A DNA stretch of 32,000 nt from Candidatus Harpocratesius repetitus (GTDB lineage Archaea; Asgardarchaeota; Lokiarchaeia; Sigyniarchaeales; Promethearchaeaceae): positions 120,001-152,000 of the forward strand of contig JAIZWK010000001.1 of assembly GCA_021498095.1 (NCBI GenBank), in the 5' to 3' direction. The notes under the pieces were generated by a model that did no database searches, was not told the origin of the DNA, and was given only the letters and a program-made list of their open reading frames with translations. Positions 8,997 through 18,776 of the stretch are shown one piece after another. The position numbers and the translations under genes were made by a program. The stretch's first letter is position 1, and each line of letters begins with the position of its first letter.

Positions 8997-10081
8997 GAAT
9001 AATCATAGAACCTTTGGATACACTCTTTTTTCGAGATGGAAAACCATTTATAATGGGAGAAGATACTTGGGCAAATTCACAATTTCTTATTTCTCCATCA
9101 ATAATCTATGGTGCATTAAGAACAGTTTATTTTGCTGAAAACATTCATGAACTAGAAAAAGCCAATAAAAATGATGATCCCACAAGAGATTTAACAATTA
9201 ATGGTATTTATTTTGAAATTGGTAATGATATATATCTTCCTTTACCATTAGACTGTGTAAAATTAAAGGAAGATGTTAAGGAAGAATCTCATAATCAAGC
9301 CTTTACTCTTTCTTTAACTAAAAATGACAATTTCTTAAGTAGTTGCCCTTTAGAATTTATTTTAGAGCCAAAAAAAGAGAATCAAGTAGAAAATGAACCA
9401 AATGGATTAATTAGAATTTCCATGTTTAAAAAATATTTATCTCATAAAGTAAATAGCTTTTCATATAAAAATATTAATGATTATATCATTTCTGAACCAA
9501 AAATTGGTATTTTTATCGATAAAAAAACCGGAACATCAAAAAACCAATATCTTTACAGAGCAAACATGTTGAGATTTTCTAGTAAAAATGGAATTTCAGT
9601 AAAAATAGTTGTTGATTTTGTAAATCTTAATTTACCAAAAAATGGGCTAATAAAATTAGGAGGTGAAGCAAAACCATGTAAATATTTAATTAATGATGGG
9701 ATTAACATGGAATTTTCACTTAATTTTAATAATCAAAGTGAAAAAAGATTTAAACTTTACTTCTTAACTCCTGCAATTTTTGAAAAAGGTTGGCTTCCAT
9801 CATGGATTGATGCCAATAGTTTAATCGGAAATTATTGTGGGTTAAAATTAAAATTACTAACAGCAGCAATAGGGAATCCTATTGAAATTGGAGGATTTGA
9901 TATTAAAAAAAAAAAACCAAAACCTATGCTAAGAGCAGTTCCTTCAGGAAGTATTTATTATTTTGAGATATTAAATGATGAAATTTCTATTAATGATGCT
10001 TTCAAACAATTAAATAATAAATCAATTTCTGATATTTATCCTGAGCAAGGATTTGGAATTGTATTCTTTGGAAAAATTTAA
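8993..10081 (+). CDS. cmr3: Type III-B Cmr3
   Basis: IEPLDTLFFRDGKPF, LGGEAK, LYFLTPAIFEKGWLP, AVPSGSIYYF, QGFGI; GTGA overlap with cas10. Confidence 0.95.
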   Translation: MRIIIEPLDTLFFRDGKPFIMGEDTWANSQFLISPSIIYGALRTVYFAENIHELEKANKNDDPTRDLTINGIYFEIGNDIYLPLPLDCVKLKEDVKEESHNQAFTLSLTKNDNFLSSCPLEFILEPKKENQVENEPNGLIRISMFKKYLSHKVNSFSYKNINDYIISEPKIGIFIDKKTGTSKNQYLYRANMLRFSSKNGISVKIVVDFVNLNLPKNGLIKLGGEAKPCKYLINDGINMEFSLNFNNQSEKRFKLYFLTPAIFEKGWLPSWIDANSLIGNYCGLKLKLLTAAIGNPIEIGGFDIKKKKPKPMLRAVPSGSIYYFEILNDEISINDAFKQLNNKSISDIYPEQGFGIVFFGKI

Positions 10082-10095
10082 AAGATGAGATAAAG

Positions 10096-11409
10096 ATGCC
10101 AAAATATAGAATCATTACTCCTATTGGAACATCAATTTTTACAAATTATCAAAAAAAAAGTAGTGATCTTAATGATAAAATAAAGGATATAGAAAAAAAG
10201 AGATATAGGGAATGGGAAAACTACAAGCAAGATATTGAATCTATCAAAAAATCAATATGTAAAAAGACTAATGATGATGCTTCTGCTGAGATTAAAAGTG
10301 TTTTAAAATTAAAAGAGAAATATAATGGAAACAATATTATTGTTCACTTAATTGCTACTGATACCATTCTTTCTGTTTTAGCAGGAGAAATATTATTGGA
10401 TTATTTCATGAAAAAAAAAATTAATGTTAATTTTGAAACCGATCACGATATTATAAATGGCTTACAAGTATTTGATGCAGAAGAATTTGAGAAAAAAGGA
10501 TTAAATAATTTTATTAAAAGATTAAGTAAAATACTTAAATCCTCAACGAATAGATATATGGAAGAAGTAATATTTAACATTACAGGCGGTTATAAATCAT
10601 TAATACCTTATTTATCACTCATGAGTCAAATTTATCAAATTCCAAGTTATTATATTTTTGAGAAATCAGATATTCTTATAGAAATACCTCAAGCACCAAT
10701 TGATTATGATTTCTCTATTATAGAAGAAAATTATATAGAATTCTTATTTTTAAAAAATAAAGATGTAAAAAAGGAAGATTTTGCAAAGGAGTTCAATCTT
10801 GAAACATTTAATGAATTAAAAAAGTATAAATTAATAGAAGAATTTGGCAATTTCATTAAATTAACACCTTTAGGACTTTTGTTAAAAGAGAAATATGATG
10901 AAATGAATAACAGTGGGAAATATTATAAAAATAAAATAATTGGAAATCTTATTGAGTTAAAGTTATATAAGTATTTTGTCAATAAGGTAGGTAAAAGTTC
11001 AAATGTGGAACATAGCAAAAGAATCGAATTTAATAATAACACTTTTGAAATAGATTTATATATTAAAAACGAAAAAACAATTAGAATCATAGAAGTAAAA
11101 CCAGGTGGAAATGTTCCCATTTGGGAAAAGAAAAAGGGAAAAGAATCTATAGAATACAGATTTAAAGAAGGAGCATTTAAACAAATAATTGATAATAATA
11201 AAAGGGGTAAAAAATTGAATTTTGAGATTTACTTATATCATTATAAAAAGATTCATAAAAGTGTAATAAATCAAATAGGAAAATTATCAAAAAATGTTAC
11301 AAAAGATAAAAAAAACGTATCGATACAATGGTTTTGGTTAGAAATTCCGAAGAATTATTCTACTAATACTATTTGGAATATAAATGATAACAATATTATA
11401 ACAATATAA
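10096..11409 (+). CDS. APE2256-family CARF + winged HTH + PD-(D/E)xK nuclease, 437 aa
   Basis: IITPIGTSIFTN, SAEIKS, LIATDT, FNITGGYKSLIPY, YYIFE (APE2256/TIGR02619-like CARF); LIEEFGNFIKLTPLG (wHTH wing); GNLIE...EIDLY...IIEVK (restriction-endonuclease fold). Confidence 0.8.
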   Translation: MPKYRIITPIGTSIFTNYQKKSSDLNDKIKDIEKKRYREWENYKQDIESIKKSICKKTNDDASAEIKSVLKLKEKYNGNNIIVHLIATDTILSVLAGEILLDYFMKKKINVNFETDHDIINGLQVFDAEEFEKKGLNNFIKRLSKILKSSTNRYMEEVIFNITGGYKSLIPYLSLMSQIYQIPSYYIFEKSDILIEIPQAPIDYDFSIIEENYIEFLFLKNKDVKKEDFAKEFNLETFNELKKYKLIEEFGNFIKLTPLGLLLKEKYDEMNNSGKYYKNKIIGNLIELKLYKYFVNKVGKSSNVEHSKRIEFNNNTFEIDLYIKNEKTIRIIEVKPGGNVPIWEKKKGKESIEYRFKEGAFKQIIDNNKRGKKLNFEIYLYHYKKIHKSVINQIGKLSKNVTKDKKNVSIQWFWLEIPKNYSTNTIWNINDNNIITI

Positions 11410-11460
11410 AAAAAATCATTTTTTAAGAATAAATATTATTAATGAAAAAAAGGTGAAAAA

Positions 11461-12375
11461 ATGTATAAAATAGCAAGACCATTCTTTATGCTTGTAGAAA
11501 CTCCGCTTCATGCTGGTAGTGGAACAGAACTTGGCATTATTGATTTGCCAATACAAAGGGAAAGACATACTGGATTTCCAAAAATTGAAAGCTCAGGGCT
11601 TAAAGGAAGTATTAGGAAGGCTTTTGAAGAATTAAATTTAAATAATTCTGATATCTCTCTTATTTTTGGCCCAGAAGAAGGAAATGCACATGCAGGTGCT
11701 TTGGGGTTTACTGATGCTCGTTTATTGTTATTTCCTGTAAAATCCATGAAAAAAATATTTGCTTGGATTACCTGTCCTAAAGTATTAGAAAGATTTGTAC
11801 TTGATTTAAAACTAGCAAAAATAAATGATTTTCCAGAAATTCCACCAGAAAATTCTGTTTCCCAAGAAAATCAATTAATTATTAAAGATGAAAAAATAGT
11901 TCTTGAAGAATATACCTTTACGATAAGAAAAAATGAAGCTTGTTCAAAAATGGCTAAATGGATTTCAAAACATGTAATTCCAAATGAAAATGAATATAAT
12001 TATTTGCGTGACAAATTAGAAAAAGATATAGTCGTGCTTCCAGATGATGATTTTCGAGATTTTGTTACCCTTTCAACAGAAATAATAACTAGAACAAAAA
12101 TTAATAATGAAACAGGAACAGTTAACTCAGGAGCATTATTTACGGAAGAATATTTGCCAACTGAGTCAATCCTTTATTCCCTTTCGTTAGCAACACCTAT
12201 TTTTAATAAAAATAAAGGATCTTTCAGTATAAAAAAGGGTAAAGATCAAAAAGAAATGGCAAAAGAAGAGGAAAATGTAATGAATTATTTTAATGATAAT
12301 ATTCCTAAAGTAATTCAGATAGGCGGAAATGCAACCACTGGTAAAGGAATAGTAAGAATAACAAAATGGATGTGA
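11461..12375 (+). CDS. cmr4: Type III-B RAMP Cmr4
   Basis: ETPLHAGSG, IDLPIQRERHTGFPKIESSGLKG, FTDARLLLFPVKS, LFTEEYLP, QIGGNATTGKG. Confidence 0.97.
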   Translation: MYKIARPFFMLVETPLHAGSGTELGIIDLPIQRERHTGFPKIESSGLKGSIRKAFEELNLNNSDISLIFGPEEGNAHAGALGFTDARLLLFPVKSMKKIFAWITCPKVLERFVLDLKLAKINDFPEIPPENSVSQENQLIIKDEKIVLEEYTFTIRKNEACSKMAKWISKHVIPNENEYNYLRDKLEKDIVVLPDDDFRDFVTLSTEIITRTKINNETGTVNSGALFTEEYLPTESILYSLSLATPIFNKNKGSFSIKKGKDQKEMAKEEENVMNYFNDNIPKVIQIGGNATTGKGIVRITKWM

Positions 12376-12379
12376 AACT

Positions 12380-12805
12380 ATGGAAAAAAATAATTTCTTT
12401 GTTAATATTGAACAAGGAAGAGCAAATTTTGCCTATAAATGCGCTAAGAAAGGGAGTAAAATTGATAAAAAAAATGAATATAAACAATACGTAAAAAAGA
12501 TTCCAATGTTAATTAAAACAAATGGAATTGGAGCCACACTCGCTTTCATTAAATCAAAAAGTAGTAACGATAAAACCAAATCAGGTTATGCTTACAAAAT
12601 TATTTATGATCAAATAAATGAATGGTTAAAACTAGATGAGAAAAAATTGTTAGAAGATTTTAAAGAAAATAGCAGTGATTTATTGGAAATTACATTAAAC
12701 TTAAATTCACCATTATATCGAACCATTACCATTGAAGTTCTCTTATTTTTAAATTGGTTGAAACGTTTCGCAGAAGGTTTAATTGAAGGAGAAAAAAATG
12801 AATAA
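12380..12805 (+). CDS. cmr5: Type III-B small subunit Cmr5
   Basis: IEQGRANFAY, YVKKIPMLIKTNGIGATLAF, WLKRFAEGLI. Confidence 0.95.
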   Translation: MEKNNFFVNIEQGRANFAYKCAKKGSKIDKKNEYKQYVKKIPMLIKTNGIGATLAFIKSKSSNDKTKSGYAYKIIYDQINEWLKLDEKKLLEDFKENSSDLLEITLNLNSPLYRTITIEVLLFLNWLKRFAEGLIEGEKNE

Positions 12806-13634
12806 ACAAAAAACTAGAAAAATCTTAAGTTTACCTAAAGATACACAAAATATTATCACAAATTTTGAAATAGAAAACTTCAATCTTAAGTGGAATAAAA
12901 ATCCTAATATTAAAATAGAGCAAAATAAAATCAAAATCTCTTTTCAAAAGGGAAAAAAAAATATAAGTTTTCGAAAGCAAGATGAATATAAACAATATTA
13001 TAAAAGAACTTTTAATTTTATTAAAGATTTAAATATTGAATTTAACACACTAATTTTAAAACCAAAATGGCGATTGGTTATCGGTTTAGGGAATGAATCC
13101 ATATATGAAACTTCAATGACTTTGCATCATATTTATGGAATACCTTATATCTCTGGAAGTGCAATAAAAGGAGTAACTCGATCTTTTATTATAAATGAGA
13201 ATTATAATGGAAAAGAAGAAAATGCATTATTAAAAGATTCTATATTTTGTGATATTTTTGGCTGTCCAAAAAAAAGCGTGTATAAAGAGAATAGAAGAGG
13301 AAAAATTATTTTTTTTGATGCTTTCCCAATAGAAGATGTTAAATTTGAATTAGATGTAATGACCCCTCATTATCAACCATATTATTCTGATCCTTCAAAA
13401 AATCCACCAGCGGATTATTATAATCCAATTCCAATTAATTTTCTTACAATATCAAAAACTAAATTTAAATTTATAATAGGAATAAAAAAAAAAGATAATA
13501 CATTAATTAACAATAATCAATATAATGGAACAACCTTATTAAATATAACAAATGATTTTTTGATAAAAACCTTGACAGAATATGGTATTGGAGCAAAAAC
13601 TGCTGTTGGCTATGGTTTTATGGAAAAAATATAG
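12798..13634 (+). CDS. cmr6: Type III-B RAMP Cmr6, 278 aa
   Basis: RLVIGLGNES, LHHIYGIPYISGSAIKG, FFDAFP, DVMTPHY, GIGAKTAVGYG; start taken as ATG 12798 overlapping the cmr5 end. Confidence 0.95.
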   Translation: MNKQKTRKILSLPKDTQNIITNFEIENFNLKWNKNPNIKIEQNKIKISFQKGKKNISFRKQDEYKQYYKRTFNFIKDLNIEFNTLILKPKWRLVIGLGNESIYETSMTLHHIYGIPYISGSAIKGVTRSFIINENYNGKEENALLKDSIFCDIFGCPKKSVYKENRRGKIIFFDAFPIEDVKFELDVMTPHYQPYYSDPSKNPPADYYNPIPINFLTISKTKFKFIIGIKKKDNTLINNNQYNGTTLLNITNDFLIKTLTEYGIGAKTAVGYGFMEKI

Positions 13635-13705
13635 CCATTACTATAAGTACTATTAATTTATATTCGTTTCTTTTTCAAGTTTTAATACTTGATTAATTAT
13701 AGGTC

Positions 13706-16700
13706 ATTTCAATTATCTCTTTGATAGTTTCAAGCATGCAGGCTGTTTAAAAACATTGATACATTGTCCAGCAATCGAATTTCAATTATCTCTTTGATAG
13801 TTTCAAGCATGCAGGTTGAAGATGTTATTCAAAAATTCGGAAAAATGAATGCAATTTCAATTATCTCTTTGATAGTTTCAAGCATGCAGGTATAACCAAG
13901 CCAACTTCCACTTGCGCCGTTCACATGAATTTCAATTATCTCTTTGATAGTTTCAAGCATGCAGGTTCGGGTTGCCGTCCGTGAATTCCTTATTGAAGAA
14001 TTAGATTTCAATTATCTCTTTGATAGTTTCAAGCATGCAGGAATTTTTCATACTGTTGTTGTTCCTCTTCAGAAAGCGAATTTCAATTATCTCTTTGATA
14101 GTTTCAAGCATGCAGGCATACAAGAACAACCCATTCTGGTTATCAATATTGGATATTTCAATTATCTCTTTGATAGTTTCAAGCATGCAGGCACAATAAA
14201 AATTTTTTTCCTTTAAAATTTTTTTATCATTTCAATTATCTCTTTGATAGTTTCAAGCATGCAGGCGTTCTTTGAATTTAAGCGTGATAGCAACCACTAC
14301 CAATTTCAATTATCTCTTTGATAGTTTCAAGCATGCAGGCTCCATGTCTTTGACCAGCGTGTCAAATTCCAGCGCGAATTTCAATTATCTCTTTGATAGT
14401 TTCAAGCATGCAGGTTGTTATTGTTGTTAATCCATGTTAACACTCGAAAGTATTTCAATTATCTCTTTGATAGTTTCAAGCATGCAGGGAGATATGTCTT
14501 TTGGAGATATGCATCAAGATTGGCGAAATTTCAATTATCTCTTTGATAGTTTCAAGCATGCAGGGATTTTTTAGCCAATTAATTTCACCTCGATTATTTT
14601 GAATTTCAATTATCTCTTTGATAGTTTCAAGCATGCAGGCAAGACGAACTTACATATAATGAACTAAATCAAATAGAATTTCAATTATCTCTTTGATAGT
14701 TTCAAGCATGCAGGTTTACAACGAATAAAATGGGATTATTTGTTGTGCTAACATTTCAATTATCTCTTTGATAGTTTCAAGCATGCAGGATTATTGCCAC
14801 CGATGCCACGTGGCATCCGCCGTTGAAATTTCAATTATCTCTTTGATAGTTTCAAGCATGCAGGGCACCGGTTGTAAATGAGAAAGAAGATCTTGTTAAA
14901 CTATTTCAATTATCTCTTTGATAGTTTCAAGCATGCAGGTAATTTTTTTAACTTAAAAAGGTGAAATGAATGAAAGAATTTCAATTATCTCTTTGATAGT
15001 TTCAAGCATGCAGGCTTTGCACAGTATAAATTGTAGAAGTTAGTAAGTTATATTTCAATTATCTCTTTGATAGTTTCAAGCATGCAGGTGTAGATGCATC
15101 CTATAAGGAAGAAATCGAACAATTGAATTTCAATTATCTCTTTGATAGTTTCAAGCATGCAGGTGGAAAAGATGGGGAGATGAAACTTGACGGTATAGAA
15201 TATTTCAATTATCTCTTTGATAGTTTCAAGCATGCAGGGAAGAATGAAAAAATTGATGGATACAAGCAGCAGGATTAATTTCAATTATCTCTTTGATAGT
15301 TTCAAGCATGCAGGCAAAATTTCATTTTCATGTTTCTTATGACCAGATAGAATTTCAATTATCTCTTTGATAGTTTCAAGCATGCAGGATAAGTTCCACG
15401 AATGTATTCATCCAGAAGCGCTTTGATTTCAATTATCTCTTTGATAGTTTCAAGCATGCAGGGTTTTAGAAGATATTTTTTGTAGAAATTCTGTTTTGTT
15501 ATTTCAATTATCTCTTTGATAGTTTCAAGCATGCAGGATGATATGTATGGTCGGAACATAGATGTTCCATCTCAAATTTCAATTATCTCTTTGATAGTTT
15601 CAAGCATGCAGGAAATGCCCACTCGAACAAGATGAGGCGTTTAAGAATAATTTCAATTATCTCTTTGATAGTTTCAAGCATGCAGGCAAAATTTCATTTT
15701 CATGTTTCTTATGACCAGATAGAATTTCAATTATCTCTTTGATAGTTTCAAGCATGCAGGATAAGTTCCACGAATGTATTCATCCAGAAGCGCTTTGATT
15801 TCAATTATCTCTTTGATAGTTTCAAGCATGCAGGGTTTTAGAAGATATTTTTTGTAGAAATTCTGTTTTGTTATTTCAATTATCTCTTTGATAGTTTCAA
15901 GCATGCAGGATGATATGTATGGTCGGAACATAGATGTTCCATCTCAAATTTCAATTATCTCTTTGATAGTTTCAAGCATGCAGGAAATGCCCACTCGAAC
16001 AAGATGAGGCGTTTAAGAATAATTTCAATTATCTCTTTGATAGTTTCAAGCATGCAGGAATTCTTTCAGCTTTATTAACTCAAGCTTGAATTCAATATTT
16101 CAATTATCTCTTTGATAGTTTCAAGCATGCAGGGAAATGCCCACTCGAACAAGATGAGGCGTTTAAGAATAATTTCAATTATCTCTTTGATAGTTTCAAG
16201 CATGCAGGATTTACGATCTCGTGTTCACCGATAAAGTGGAGGAAAATTTCAATTATCTCTTTGATAGTTTCAAGCATGCAGGTCAGGAAGGTGTGTGCAC
16301 TCTTTTTTCTCTTCATAATAATTTCAATTATCTCTTTGATAGTTTCAAGCATGCAGGATGATGATTTCATAAAACTAACGTATAATGATTTTATCAATTT
16401 CAATTATCTCTTTGATAGTTTCAAGCATGCAGGGACTGGGATGATCTGATGGACGCCTGGTCCGAAGATTAATTTCAATTATCTCTTTGATAGTTTCAAG
16501 CATGCAGGTGACAGTAATGTAGTTTCCCACAAATAATCGCCGGAAAATTTCAATTATCTCTTTGATAGTTTCAAGCATGCAGGTGATGGCAAATACAGCA
16601 ATAACAGACCTTACTACTGAAATTTCAATTATCTCTTTGATAGTTTCAAGCATGCAGGCTCTCGGCCCCCACCCGGATGTAAACAACCCAATCATCATTT

Positions 16701-17630
16701 CAATTATCTCTTTGATAGTTTCAAGCATGCAGGAGCCCAACCGGATCTTCGGTGAGGTAGATATCCACGTGATTTCAATTATCTCTTTGATAGTTTCAAG
16801 CATGCAGGTATTAAAAGCCGAACATGTTCATAAACAAGAAGTATTATTTCAATTATCTCTTTGATAGTTTCAAGCATGCAGGATAAGAATCTTGATCAGC
16901 TTGGCTTGTGTGATTTTACATTTCAATTATCTCTTTGATAGTTTCAAGCATGCAGGTTTTCCTTCAGTAGCGGAAATTGCTACAGGTGATGAATTTCAAT
17001 TATCTCTTTGATAGTTTCAAGCATGCAGGTATTTGAAGGCTCAAGAGGAAGAGTTTGGGCTGGCTAAATTTCAATTATCTCTTTGATAGTTTCAAGCATG
17101 CAGGGTTGTTTTATCCCATGCAGTAGTGCTCCGTTTATGAATATTTCAATTATCTCTTTGATAGTTTCAAGCATGCAGGTGAAGTTTAATTTAGAGATAA
17201 GGCTTAGCGGGAGATTACATTTCAATTATCTCTTTGATAGTTTCAAGCATGCAGGGCCGATTCGGATGGTAATTATGCAGCCAACCCGAACGTATTTCAA
17301 TTATCTCTTTGATAGTTTCAAGCATGCAGGAGAATATATTACAAATCTTAAAAGTCCAAGGTTGAAAAATTTCAATTATCTCTTTGATAGTTTCAAGCAT
17401 GCAGGTACATAACGAATAAAATGGGATTATTTGTTGTGCTAACATTTCAATTATCTCTTTGATAGTTTCAAGCATGCAGGGCAAATAGTCTTCAATATAG
17501 TTGATCACTCCTTCAAAAATTTCAATTATCTCTTTGATAGTTTCAAGCATGCAGGGATACAGATACTGGAGATATGGATTATAAAGTTGCGATATTTCAA
17601 TTATCTCTTTGATAGTTTCAAGCATGCAGG
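13706..17630 (-). CRISPR. CRISPR array 2: 53 repeats (37 bp), 52 spacers (about 36-39 bp)
   Basis: Invariant plus-strand repeat ATTTCAATTATCTCTTTGATAGTTTCAAGCATGCAGG (crRNA sense CCUGCAUGCUUGAAACUAUCAAAGAGAUAAUUGAAAU). Counted by hand from 13706 to 17594. AT-rich non-coding leader on the right. Confidence 0.98.
15315..16021. repeat. Tandem duplication of a 5-spacer block within array 2 (period 372 bp)
   Basis: Spacers starting at 15315, 15389, 15463, 15538, 15613 recur identically at 15687, 15761, 15835, 15910, 15985. Confidence 0.97.
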
Positions 17631-17900
17631 TGTTCCTAAAAACGCATAGAACTTAAAATATAGAAGTTCATTTGCAAACACCTACAATAATTAATATCGA
17701 AAACATTTATAAATTTATTCATCCAGCCTAAAATCATGCGGTTAATCTGCAATATCACCTCAAAATAAAAAAATTTATACATTTTAGCCTATTCAACCCT
17801 GTTTTTACCAAATCTTAAAATGAATTTAAATAAATCAAAATTCGTTCATCATAATTTCATATATAGCTTTTTAAAGATGAACGAAAATTGATCTTCAAGC
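17631..17900 (-). promoter_or_regulatory. Leader of array 2
   Basis: AT-rich non-coding DNA next to the terminal repeat; palindromic TATA-like ATTTATAAAT at 17705-17714; inverted repeats GAACTT-N9-AAGTTC (17649-17669) and 17835-17850/17876-17891. Right boundary is approximate. Confidence 0.7.
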
Positions 17901-17981
17901 AGAAGAAAGTAAATAATTTTTAAGGCATCAAAATTGAGTAAAAATCTTAACTCACCAATGTTCTATCCGAACAGATTATTT

Positions 17982-18048
17982 TGGCAGAAATATTAAGAAT
18001 ATGTCAAAAATTGCAAAACCATTAGAATAATTCTAATACAAATTCCAA
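17982..18048. repeat. Dispersed 67-bp repeat, copy 2
   Basis: 59/67 identical to 84-150; contains the palindrome ATTAGAAT-A-ATTCTAAT. Confidence 0.8.
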
Positions 18049-18362
18049 TGTCAAAAATTCATATGAACGGAAAAGAAAATGACCAAATAAAAGTTTATAA
18101 AGGAAAAATATATTTTTTTTATAATTAATCCTTAAACAAAAATCAACAATTTACAGGGGTTTATTATGAAATATATGACTGTAAATCTTGATTCCAGTTT
18201 GCAGTTGGACAATTACATCAAAAGTTGTGTCTCTTTTCTTATGAAATGTATAATTGTAAATTCTGATTCAGATCTCATATTTAAATAGAATAATTCCTGG
18301 ATGGATAAGGAGATTTAGTCTTGAAATAAGAATTTAGATGGATTTTTGAAAATTTAATCAAA

Positions 18363-18485
18363 TATAAAGCGTAGTGAAAATAAGAACATTACGTAAAGTC
18401 ATGAAATTATGAAGATAGTTTTGACTACGTTTACATGAACTATAAAGTAGTGAAAATAAGAACATTGCGTAAAGTCATGAATTAT
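18363..18485. repeat. Pair of ~46-bp direct repeats separated by 30 bp
   Basis: TATAAAG(C)GTAGTGAAAATAAGAACATT[A/G]CGTAAAGTCATGAA(A)TTAT at 18363-18410 and 18441-18485. Confidence 0.85.
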
Positions 18486-18776
18486 AGCGACTAATTAGAG
18501 ATGTAAGGTAAAGCAGTTGCAATGAATTGTTAAAAGAGAAAATCGAACTAAATTCAAGCCGAAAAGAGAGATTAAATAATAGATTTATCATTTAGACTCA
18601 TATTGGTAAAATTATTAAGAATCTACAACACTTTGACTAAAATCATATAGAAAAATCATATAAATCGTATAGAACCCTGTAACAAGAAAAACGACCTTGA
18701 ATTCTTCTTTTCGATTTTTAAAAAAATTGGAAGTCAGATATTTCGGTTCAATCTTTCCCGTTCTTGATATTTTTAA

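Noticed and set aside
6088-13634. cmr operon looks more AT-rich than the genes at 293-2445, hinting at horizontal acquisition
   Set aside because: Visual impression only; needs computed GC/codon usage and phylogeny.
13829-17625. Many 60-140 aa ORFs with repeating MLETIKEIIEI / FNYLFDSFKHAG / ISIISLIVSSMQ
   Set aside because: Translations of the CRISPR repeat, which lacks stops in some frames; not genes.
13706-17630. Self-targeting spacers or spacers shared between arrays 1 and 2
   Set aside because: None seen by eye within the window; an exhaustive alignment was not possible.
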